Under the pieces are notes generated by a model. The model had not been told where the DNA came from, ran no database searches, and was given only the letters and a program-made list of their open reading frames with translations. Both the position numbers and the translations under genes were made by a program. A stretch of DNA of 64,000 nt from Octopus vulgaris (lineage: Eukaryota): positions 142,104,001 to 142,168,000 of the forward strand of contig OX597816.1 in NCBI GenBank assembly GCA_951406725.2, written 5' to 3'. Positions 1-11,623 of the stretch are shown piece after piece; within the stretch, counting starts at the first letter, position 1; the number at the start of each line of letters is the position of its first letter.

Positions 1-522
1 TGAATGAAAATCAAGATATGAGCTGATCTGAATCTACTCACATCTCTGGTTTGCTTTGAGCTAGAGTGAAATAACGTCTTTAACTCTGTTTACTCAACCA
101 TTGGTTTTTTTTTTGGTGGAAAAGAGATGGTAGTCTGCTGAATCTTGCTCTGGCCTGGCTTGCTTGTGGTAAAAGATGAGTTGTATGTTATGTCTTCCCT
201 GGTTGCTCTCAATTGCTGCTAAAATTCTTGGCACCAAACCACTGATAGCTAGAGGAAAAGTGTGTGAGAACCTCAATGACATTCACTTTTGTTCAAACTT
301 TGAGGCATGATCTCATGCAAGTCAATTGGACAATAAACAGCACATACATGTAATAATTGCATGGTCCATTTGTGGTACTGGCCAAAGAACTTAGAGAATG
401 GGGTTCAAATCCTAGGTCTTGCCATAGTTTTAAATGCCTTGTATTATTGTTATATTTTCATGAAAATATCTTGCTTGTCTTTTGAAAACTTGATGATGTT
501 CTGTCTTTCTAAGTGCTATTAA

Positions 523-745
523 CCCTTTAGCATTTAAACTGGCCATATCAGGCTCAAAGATTCTACATCTGTTATGTCCAAACTGACCAAAATTCAGCCT
601 CTCAAACCTACCATATAATATCATTCTAAAAAATATACAATCACATCATTGAAATCTAGAAGCAGTGAGATAATGCATGATTAAGTGAAGCCAATTTGAA
701 CAAATGAACATTACACTTGACAGAATAAATATGAATGCTAAAGGG
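523..745. mobile_element. piggyBac-type MITE
   Basis: TIR CCCTTTAGCATT...AATGCTAAAGGG flanked by TTAA at 519-522 and 746-749; no ORF. Confidence 0.85.
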
Positions 746-960
746 TTAAGCCTCATGAATCTTTGACATTCTTATTTATTGTGTCAGATGAACATGTATA
801 CATCATACCCACATAATGCTACCAACGGTAACCCTAACATGATGAAAACATACTTTCTATGGAATTCTAGAATACTAGTGATCAAGGGATACACAGCATC
901 CCCAAAAATGACAACAGAGTTGATATTGCAATAATTTAACAAAAGCTCTACTGTTTAGAC

Positions 961-1214
961 TAGTGTTTCTCAACCATTTTTTACCTATGGAATCCTTTGA
1001 TTCCTATTTTACTTAGGTGGACCCTCCTAGCTGTTTGATGTTTAAAAAAATCACATATTTTTACAATTAAATATTATTAGGAATTGTATAGAAATAATTA
1101 TTGAAATATTCTGTGTATTGCAGAAGTATGACCAGTTTATTGCAGATAATTTTAACAAAAAAAAATATTATAGGAACCCTCAAGGGCCATATTGACCCCA
1201 GATGAGAACGACTA
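961..1214. mobile_element. hAT (Charlie-like) MITE, decayed
   Basis: Ends TAGTGTTTCTCAAC...GATGAGAACGACTA; 8-bp flanks GTTTAGAC / GTTTGGAA (6/8). Confidence 0.7.
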
Positions 1215-1561
1215 GTTTGGAACAAAAATACATACACTAAGTGAAAATATATACTCTAAAATGAATGTTAGGTATTATTCAAAAGGATTTAATAGGACAT
1301 TATTATAAATGCACTTAAATCAACATTTATGAGTTTCAGGAAATAGGGAGTTGGCTTTTTAGATTTACATTCAATGCTTTACACAGAAAGATATACATGT
1401 CACTCAAAGAACAAATGTGTGGTCTGTTGTAATTTAGGCATCCAAAGGACAATTTAATACATTTATGATAATTTAGTAAATTCCTTGGTGAGTACCACTT
1501 AATTCCAATTTTAGAAGATTTTTATTTACATATATATGTGTATACATATATATAGATATAT

Positions 1562-1710
1562 TTCTTTCACTTATTTCAGTCATTTGACTACGGCCATGCT
1601 GGAGCACCGCCTTTAGTCGAGCCCAGTACTTATTCTTTAGAAGCCTAGTACTTATTCTATCGGTCTCTTTTGCCAAACCACTAAGTTACGGGGACATAAA
1701 CACACCACCA
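1562..1710 (-). mobile_element. 3' portion of tRNA-derived SINE (OR-type)
   Basis: Collinear with the 3' part of the full copy at 7584-7963. Confidence 0.85.
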
Positions 1711-3843
1711 TCTGATGCTTCTTAGGTCCAACTTTTCTCTCAAGGTACTTACACTGTTGAGTATGCACACTGACATTACACATCCATCGGATCACCCTGG
1801 TTTCATTCCTTGCAAGCTTACACATGTCCTCAGCAATCACGGCCCATGTTTCACTGCCATGTAGCATGGCTGTTCATACACATGCATCATACAGTCTACC
1901 TTTTACTCTGAGCAAGAGGCCCTTTGTCACCAGCAGAGGTAAGAGCTCTCTGAACTTTGCCCAGGCTATTCTTATTCTAGCAGCTACACTTTCAGCACAC
2001 CCTTCCCCACTACTGACTTGGTCACCTGGGTAATGGAAGCTAGCAACTACTTCTAGTTTTTCTCCCTGGAATGTGGCAAAAGTTGTTCTCCGCACATTTT
2101 CAGTGTTTATTGCTCCTGAGCATCTGCCACATACAAAAACTATCTTCCCAGTTAGCCTTCCTTTGATATTACTGCACCTTTTATGTGTCCATAGCTTACA
2201 CTAGGTACATCTTATAGAGTTTCTACCTACGCCTTTTCTATAGATTGAGCAGGGTCATCTACCTGAAGGGATTTGTGGTTTGCCTGCCTTCCTACTTATT
2301 AGGACTTTGGTTTTAGCTAGGTAGACTCTAAGGCCCTTTGATTCTAATCCTTGCTTCCACACCTGAAACTTCTCCTCTAGTTCTGATAGTGACTCAGCAA
2401 TTAGAGCAAGGTTATCAGCATAGAGGGGTGCCCTGTCTTGAATTCCTCTGTTATAGCCTGGAGGATTATGATAAATAGGAGGGGGCTAAGGATTTCTTCA
2501 CTGTACTCGTTGCCAACCCTCACCTTACTGACAGCGTCCCTGTACATGGCTTGCACAGCTTTCACTAACCATTCATCTATCCCTAATTTCCTCTTTGACC
2601 ACCAGATAAGGGATCGGGGGACCTTGTCAAAGGCTTTTTCCATGTCAACAAAAGCCCGGTACAGAGGTTTATTTTTGGCTAGGTATTTCTCCTGCAGCTG
2701 TCTTACCAGAAATATAGCATCAGTGGTGCTTTTCCCTGGCATGAACCCAAACTGCATCTCATCTAAACTGACTCTCTCCCTAATTTGTTGGGCTATAACC
2801 CTCTCCGTGACATTCATTACCTGATCCAACAACTTGATACCTCTGTTATTATTTGTATCTAAAATGTCACCTTTACCTTTGTAGCAGTTGACTATAGTGC
2901 TGCTACACCAGTCATTGGGTATGACTCCTTTGTGTGTCACCTGGTTAAATATATGAGTGACTAGGCTATAGCTGACACTGTCAGATATTTTGAGCATCTC
3001 TGCAATGATTCCTGATGGGCCAAGGGATTTCCCTATCTTCATACTCTTAATTGCTTTATCTACCAAGGTACTGTCAACTCAGATAGCTGGTCCCTCTTTC
3101 TCCCATTCATTTTCTTTATTCAGCAACCTTTCATAATGGTATCTCCAAACCTCTCTCTTTGCAGCCTCGTTTAGTGCAAGTGAACCATCATCCATGCAAA
3201 GACATTTCTCTCTTACAACATCACGATTCTCTCTCACACACTGTCTTGCAACATGAAATACCTCAAGTCTTTGGTCCTCATGGTGCAGAATTTTTTATCT
3301 GCTTCTCCTCTGGCTAAATAAACCTACCTCCTAGCTTCCCTTCTGGCAGTCTGATACAATTCCCTGCTACCACTGTTCTTCCAGTCCTTCCAAGCCTGTC
3401 TCTTTTCTCTGATAGCCCTATCAACAACATTGTTCCACCACCATGTTATTTTGGGTCAAGAGGGGACTTTGCACCATCCACAGATCTGGTCAGTAGCCAT
3501 CAGCAGGTTGTCCTGTAGAAACCTCCAGTTGTCTTCTACATCGTGTGAAGCTATATCCCCTTCTATTTCATCAAAGGCTTCGAGTAATATGTCTCTAAAT
3601 CTCTGTCCATTTGCAGGATCTTTAAGCTTCCAGACACTTCTCCTCTATGCTGGTCGTCTTCTGGGCATCCAGTTAGCCCTGATCCTGATGTCACTAACTA
3701 CCAGTCTATGTTGTGGAGTACATTCTTCGCCTGGGAAGGTTTTGGCATTTATAAGCAGCATCTTTCCCTTTTTGTGGTGAGGATGTAGTCAATTTGGCTA
3801 GTGTGTCTACCAGAACGGTAGGTTACTAGGTGACTGGCAGGCC
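1708..3843 (-). mobile_element. RTE-clade LINE fragment (end of APE endonuclease plus RT), pseudogenised
   Basis: SQIDYIL near 3785-3800; ORF 2401-3066 has QFGFMPGKSTTDAIF, AFVDMEKAFDKVP, LSPLLF; YADN near 2410-2421; ORFs 1874-2095 and 1652-1867 give the C-terminal part; stops, frameshifts, and the QG motif region is deleted. Confidence 0.93.
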
Positions 3844-4891
3844 CCAGATATGTGAAGAGTAAAACAACAAATGGAGTGGAAATTCTGTCTGTGGGTGTGT
3901 TTGTGGAGATGTTAGCTAATCATTTTATTGATTAGTTAACAGCTGTTTCATAATCTGTGTTAGTTACATAAGAAATGTTAAATCATCTGTCATACACCCA
4001 TAAATATAACAGTACTGTAACATAATGAACAGGCTACTTCTTCAGAACATTTCATGGCAGATTACGACTCTGTGAGCTATTTGATGTTTATGTATATAGA
4101 AATATGTGTGTGTGTGTGAATTTATTTTTAATCTACACAACATCAGCTGGGATTCATGTTTTTTTTAGTGGGATATATTTGAATCTTGTAGAGAGTTAAC
4201 AGAAGTTCAAAACTGAAGTATTTCTTTGTTTAGAGAGAAAGCCAGTTTTACATGATATGGCTTTGACAATACTAAATATATTAAAAAATACTGACAATGT
4301 CACATTTGTCAATGTTAAATGTTGTTACATTGTTATAAATATGAATTTCTAGAGACTACTGAAAATAATAATTCTTAATATTTATGATGGAGGGATTTTT
4401 TCAAAACTTGTAGTTTTTTAAGTTACTACATATTGTTGTGAATAAGTAGAATGTAGTTTTATTGTATGCAGAATGTAAATAAATTGCTTCATGAGAAAAT
4501 ATACCTGAGATGAAAAAGGAAACTGAAAACTATTCCAGTATAAACGATGATGATGATGATGATTCTATTGAATCACTATTTAAAACCCAAGTCTGAGTGG
4601 TACCCTCAAAACCTAATTTGTTGTGTAACCTTTGTTTTAAATATAGTCACACCAAAATTTAGTTCATTTTTTTCTTATGCTTTTGCACATAAGCTGATTG
4701 TATGAAAGAATTTGTAGAGTACTAAATTGCTACAGAATATATATTTCCTCACTATTTTGAAACTGCTACAGTGAAAGGAAACTACTGCTAATTTGTAATG
4801 GCAAAGCTTAGTTTTGTAAAGTGGACAAAACTAAATAAGTTGTGTGGAGAGAATTCTAATTTTCTCAGCAGGGAATTTCCTCCTTGGACAT

Positions 4892-5098
4892 TGGCTTCAA
4901 ATTTTTGGCACAGGGCCAGTAATTTTGTGGGAGAAGCTAAGTTAGTTAGATCAACCCTAGTGCTCAACTAGTACTTATTTTATTCAAGATAAAAGGTAAA
5001 GTCAACCTAGGTGGCATTTGAACTCAGAAAGTAAAGATGGACAAAATGCTGCCAAGCATTTTGCCTGGCATGCTAACAATTCTGCCAGCTTGCCACCT
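4892..5098 (-). mobile_element. tRNA-derived SINE (OK-type)
   Basis: Collinear with copies at 17742, 45912, 46149 and 54508; B-box-like GAGTTCAAAT on the minus strand. Confidence 0.8.
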
Positions 5099-6789
5099 TA
5101 TTTCATCCACTAATATTAAAATTTATTTTTATCCAAGACATATGAATTTCACCTTGTGGGTAAGATAATAATTTTTCACATAGAACAAGGCCTCATATTT
5201 ACAAAGAAAAGGAAAAGTTGCAGGTTTATGATATTTATATTTAGGGTCTTACCCAAAGATATTGGCTTTGTAAGTGGAACAAAGTAACCTCAGTTGGAAT
5301 GAGAAATGTTCACAAAGAAAATGTTTATGAAACACAACTTCTACTTGTAGGAGACTGGTTGTGATTGATCCCTATTAAAACAAAAAATTACGATCTACTC
5401 AAAGAAGAAAACACAATGCCAATGACTTTTATCAGGCTTTTAAACCTGAAGTGAATTATTTTCAGGAGAGGATCCTGGCCCAAATGTTTCCAACAGAATG
5501 AACATCAAAAGCTTAAGTGGTGACGTAAATGAGGAGGTAGATTAAGCCTATAAACCAGAAAAAAAAATGTACCGTCTGATAAGCTTCCACACAGTTTCCT
5601 TCAACAAAATTTAACTCACAAGACTTTGGTTGATCCAAAAGACATTTGCTGAAGGTACAGCATAGTGGTATTGAACTTGAAACCATGTAGTATCAAACTA
5701 AGCTTCTTAACCATGAGACTTCATTATCAGTTAGAGAGTATCTGCTAAGCCAACACTTTAAGTAGAATAAATTGTTTCTCTGTTTTGTCTCAAGAAATTT
5801 CATAGTCTCTTAGCATCAGTAGGGTAGACTGTTCTACTAATTCTACATTAAAATCTTACAAGCTAAAGTCATAACTTGATTCATGAGGCAATTCTTTGTT
5901 GAAAGAGTAAATAAACAGTTATTTATTTGTTACATATATGTTTACAAATGATACATATTGTTCTGCACATTAAGACAATAAAAGTTGTTAATATCCTATA
6001 TTTACAAGCATTGTATGTCGGACATTAGTAAAATAGTCAATTCAATTAGCTTGTGGAGATAAAAGAGCATAGTTAAAAGAGCAGTTAAAAGAGCAGAAAC
6101 AATTTATAGCATCTAATTTTGAGAGACAGAATGGCAAATGATGAAAGATATAATTAGTAATGCTGCCAGCTAGTAAACTATAGAGATGTGGTTCAAATCC
6201 CAGCAGTAGGCTTGTGTCTTTCTGCCTAAAATTGGTGCTTGTTATGTCTAATATTCTACCCTTTTGATGTTAACAATAAACAGTCAGTTTAGAGAAATAT
6301 GTCCAAAGTTTGTTTCATATTTCTTACCTCTTGCCAGTTATTATCAACATCAAATATCAAAGCAATGAGGGAAAGTTTCTTTTAGTTGCTCATATGTAAA
6401 GATTAGTATAAACCCAACAATCTACAAAGAAAATGCTTAAAACCTAAAATCAGGATTTTTTTTTTAAAAGCTAACCAGCTTTAAATATTACAATTATACT
6501 AACAAATTATGTTGAACATATAAGCTTTCAAGTAGCAGATCAAACAGCAGTTATAACCTTTATCATCTAATAACCATGTCATAAAAATCTGACTGAATGT
6601 TAGATTAAATAAATTTTCCATTAGGAACAGAAAGACATAGACTTTTCATTGAAACCATATATTTGAAGATGAAAGTTAAGCAAACTGTCCAAGTTAGTTT
6701 TCATTTGATTTTGAAGTGGTATGACCTTAACAACAACAACAACAACAGAAAATAAACAATTAAAAAAAACAACCCTGGAAAAGTCCATG

Positions 6790-6960
6790 GTGTAGGCATA
6801 GCTGTATGGTAAGAATCTTGTTTCCTAACCATGTGGGTGATCTTGGGTTCAGTCCTACTGCATGGTGACTTAGGCAAATGTCTTTCACTACAGCCCCCAG
6901 ATTGTCTAAAGCTTTGCAGGTGGATTTGGTAAACAGAAACTGAAAGAAACTCATTGTATA
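6790..6960 (+). mobile_element. OR-type SINE 5' half
   Basis: tRNA-like head with GGGTTCAGTCC and central GTGGATTTGGTAAACAGAAACTGAAAGAA. Confidence 0.7.
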
Positions 6961-6984
6961 TATGTATATATCATCGTCATCTTT

Positions 6985-7200
6985 ATCATCATCATCATTT
7001 AACATTTGTTTTCCATGCTGGCATGGCTTGGATGGTTTGACAGGAACTAGCAAGTCAGAAGACTGCACCAAACTAGACTGACTGTTTTGGTATGGTTTCT
7101 ACAGCTTGGTGCCTTTCCTAATGCCAACCACTTTACAGAGAGTATTGAGTACTTTTTTCACAACACCAGCATTGGTGAGATCACTATGCAACTTGCAAGA
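6985..7200 (-). mobile_element. RTE LINE 3' tail fragment
   Basis: (CAT)n followed by TTTAAC...TTCCATGCTGGCATGG, as at 61380. Confidence 0.75.
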
Positions 7201-7583
7201 TAAGACCCTTTTACTGAGAAGTGAGTAGTATTGAGAGAAATGCAATTCCTTTTTTATGTATCTATAAAGGGTAGTGAATTTGGCACATTAGGTAGCTAGA
7301 AAAATGTTTTACATCTCCTAATTATTGATAGCCTCTCTACACACACATCTCCTCCTCCTTTTTTAACATCAGTTTTCCATGCTGGCATGAGTTGAACAGT
7401 TTGCCCAGAGCTGGCAAGCAGAAAAGCTGCACCAAGTTCCAATCAGGTTTGGCTTAGTTTCTACAGTCAGATGCTTTAAATATGGTATATATCTTTTATC
7501 TTTATTTATTTCAGTCATTAATCTGTGGCCATGCTGAGGTACTGCTCTAAAGAATTTTTAGTTGAATAAATCAACCCTCTCTC

Positions 7584-7963
7584 TTTTACTTGTTTCAGTC
7601 ATTTGACTGCGGCCATGCTGGAGCACTGCCTTTAGTCGAGCAAATCGACCCCGGGACTTATTCTTTGTAAGCCCAGTACTTATTCTATCAGTCTCTTTTG
7701 CCGAACTGCTAAGTGACGGGGACGTAAACACACCAGCATCGGTTGTCAAGCAATGCTAGGGGAACAAACACAGACACACAAACACATACATATATATATA
7801 CGACAGGCTTCTTTCAGTTTCCGTCTACCAAATCCACTCACAAGGCATTGGTTGGCCTGGGGCTATAGCAGAAGACACTTGCCCAAGATGCCACGCAGTG
7901 GGACTGAACCCGGAACTATGTGGTTGGTTAGCAAGCTACTTATCACACAGCCTCTCCTGCGCC
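7584..7963 (-). mobile_element. Full-length young tRNA-derived SINE (OR-type) nested in an older copy (about 7496-8212)
   Basis: Minus strand starts GGCGCAGGAGAGGCTGTGTGATAAG (A-box-like), has GGGTTCAGTCCC (B-box-like), an internal TA/CA tract and a stem-loop tail; CpGs retained. Confidence 0.9.
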
Positions 7964-9361
7964 ATTATTTATTCTTTTGTTAAGCCTGATACTTATTTTA
8001 TCGATCTCTTTTGCTGAACCACTAAGTTACAGAAACATAAACACACCAACAGTGGCTGTCAAGCACTAGTGGGACACACACACATAGCAGGCTTTTTACA
8101 GTTTCTGTCGACCAAATTCACTCACAAGATTTGGTTGGCCCAAGGCTATAGTAGAAGACAGTTGCCCAAGGTTCCATGCAGTCAGACTGAACCATGTGGT
8201 TGGGAAGCAAGCATCAACAATACCTGAAAGATAATCTATCATTCCTGGACTGGAAATGATTCCAACTTTCAACAGCTACTAACTCTATAGAAAATAGAAG
8301 TGGGTCTCCTGAAAAATATTAATCCCATATTTGGGATAGTCAACTGATACACAGCAACAAATGTTTAGTAAAAAACTCATTCCATAATTGCTGGTCCACA
8401 GATGTAATTGCTGTATCCTTCCAGTGTCTCTTCTGTGACTACAACAATTTCTGCTCCTCAGAACTAATTGCTGTTTATCAGCACCACCATCCAGCCTACC
8501 TTACAATCATCATCCTTAAGATCCTGTTCCAAAAACTTTACTAAAGTATGTATCCCTAGAACAGCATCTTACTGGAAGATTCCACACAGGTGGTATTTTC
8601 ATTATGGTCAGGAATTTGAAATAATTTCATTTAATCACTCACCTCAATGCCCCTCTCAACCTAAGCATATGTACAAAGGCCACAGGTACTACGCCTTTTC
8701 TTCAACAAAATTTTATCTCTCGTTATGTTCTTTCAATATGCATAAGTGCATGTATTACTGGAACAAGCATAACTACAGTTTGACATACCATCCACCACTA
8801 ACTTTTTATTTCCTCATAATTTCTGTAGATGACGATTATGTTGATGAAGAGAAAGGGGAAAAAGTTACATATGAACTTTTTCTTTTTGAATAAAAATGAA
8901 ATTTCAAGTTTACAAAAGAATTTCATCCAGCCACTTGCATGTTAATTTCACGAACAGACTATTTCATTAATCGAATAAACAGGAAACCTCCTCATCGTAA
9001 CTGACAGAAAGCTAGGGAGCTAGACCTAGCTGAGCAGGAATGCTTAGTTGTAATTCTTCCAACTCTTTAACATTCCAAGTTCATATCCTGCCAAAGTCAA
9101 CTTTGTCTTTCATCCTTTCAGGGCCAATAAAATAAGTATCAATCAAGAACTTGCCTCTTCTCAAAAATTACTGGCCTAGTTCCAAAATTAGAAACAATTA
9201 TTAAGGAAGTTATAAAGAAATAACAATGTAAGGAGAGGAGGGCTAAACTGTAGTTTGAACAAGATAGATGTATATCTTTTTGGCCATTGTCATTTTATAA
9301 GATTTTGCTGGCAAATTTATTTTGGCTGTAATAAACACACAATTATGATAAAATTCACTCA

Positions 9362-11623
9362 CCATATAATATATTCATATATATAAAATTCACTGCCTGT
9401 ATGTGTATCCTCTATGTATGGCCAAACTGCTGGATCAATTTGTACCAAATTTGGCATGAAGGTTTTCCATTACTTGGGGAAGGTTCTAGAGGGTCAAATT
9501 TTGGCCCTTACCCATATAGAGGGCTGAAGCCCCCCACCCCTTACAACCCTTCCGATTTCTTTTTTCAATGCATTCCTATGTTTTCGATGAGAGATTCAGA
9601 ATATGCAAAAGACCATGTTTTCAAAATTTTCAATTCCCCCGCTCTCACCAAATTTATAATTTTAAACTTTTCTCTTGCTAAAGAGAGGGTGGCATTTTCT
9701 GTCTTTTTCGATATCTAATTAGAAGAGAGAATATGTTGTTACCAAAAACATTAAAACTTTACTAACTTGATTGATCTGTCACTGAACCAGGCTTTTAATT
9801 TCATCTGATACACACTCTGCTATCATTTATATGGAGAATTGCAAACATGGCATATAAAGATAACTTATTTTAATAGAAATTTTATGAGTACATTTCTGTA
9901 AATGTTTTTCTCGCACACTAACCCCCCCCACACACACACACACACGCCTGCACATACACATGGACGAAGTCCCATTTTGGAAGTATATTAAAGTTTTTAT
10001 TATTTTGGAATGAAGAACATAAACATAGGTGCTAAGCCAGTGACTAAACTTGTAGTATTTTGTTGGGATTAATCTAATGAATTGACAGCAAGGTTTGTAA
10101 GAACAAAATTTCTGTGTACGGTTCTGTCACATGCATTCACACCAACACTTTCACACAAAGGTTGGTTACTGATAAACATAATTGTGACTGGATAAAAATT
10201 TGGTAAATATTTACAGTAACACCATACTTGCTAAATACTAACCCTGACTGTAACCCTAAATCATAAATTTGTTTACAGCAGGGCTGGCACTAAGCCCCTG
10301 CAACCCCTGCAGTCACAGGGGCCCTTTGCAAAGAACTGGAATTACTATAATGTAAAACTTAAAATTTGATGTTACACACAACTTATGCTATTTTCAGAAG
10401 AAAAAGAAACAGTAAGGTTTCTAAATAATGAAAGGTCTTTATACGGACATACGCCCAGTGAAAACTCTTATTACATTGATATAAATCATTCATTCATTTG
10501 TTCCTTTAGCCAATATACACTGTAGAATACCTTTCAATTTATACAATAAACTTCATAAATTTTAAAGATATTTGAGAGGAAAGGACATTCTTGTAGGTGG
10601 TGTCACCGTAGTTTTGGCTGGGGATTTCAGACAAACCCTTCCTGTGATCCAAAAAAGGTACAAAGGCAGATGAACTAAAGGCCTGTCTCAAGCAATCCTA
10701 TCTGCAGAGGCAAGTGACCAAACTGCACCTGACAGTTAACAAAAGGACCCAATTATTTGGTGATCAAACCATCAGGCTGTTTTCATACCAGCTTTTGAAC
10801 ATAGTGAGTGGGCAACTGCCTTATGTCCACTAAATGCAGTAACACAAGCTACCCTGTGGCGAGATGGAACCAACTGTCAATGATCTCAAAATGCACGTTT
10901 CCAAACATTGCCCAAAACTTTAGCAACAGTCAATGGCTATGTGAGCAAGCCATCTTAGCTCCACATAATGATGCTGTCAACAAAATCAATTGGCATCACT
11001 TGCTTGTTGCTAGGACAAGAACAGTCTTTCACACTGTCATTGATCAGGACCAAGCTGTAGTTTTTCCAAATGAGTTCCTGAACTCTCTACGGCCATATGG
11101 GATGCCACCTCACAATTTAACACTTAGAAAGGCGGCTTAGGCAAGTGGATCCACCTCACCTATGCAATGGTACTAGTCTGATGGTGAAAGCAATGCAACC
11201 CCATGTCCTAGAGGCCACAGTTGTCACTGGGAAATATAAAGGCGAGATCCTGTTAATCTTATCTAACCCCCACCTTTGAATTTAAATGGCCCCAGTTCTC
11301 CGTGAAACTAAGTTTTGCTATGTTGATAAACAAATTTCCTGGGACTTAAACAACAGTAACATTGTCCTTTATAGGACCTCCACATTCTGTTGGCAAATAA
11401 ACTGTACTAAATAATAATTTGTTACGCTAACGTAAATCGCATGCACCCGTGCTATGAACTCTAAATACTGCATGGAATAGCGGTTTCAGTTTAAGTAAAT
11501 ATTCATGGACACACCTTTAAATACAAAATTAATGGCTAGGAATATATAAATATAAAATCAATGGCTAGGAATATGTAGGAGTAACTTAACAAGGCCTGGC
11601 TATAATAAGTGTTCACATACTAG
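9362..11623 (+). mobile_element. Helitron relic with Pif1-type helicase fragments
   Basis: Translations in 10590-11335: GGVTVVLAGDFRQTLPVI, AILAPHNDAVNKIN, FPNEFLNSLRPYGMPPHNLTL, LCNGT, LSFAMLINK; 5' TATATATAAAA start; candidate CTAG|T end at 11620-11624; ends uncertain. Confidence 0.8.

Noticed and set aside
7890-7963. tRNA gene
   Set aside because: The A/B boxes belong to a SINE head that continues into SINE body; no full cloverleaf
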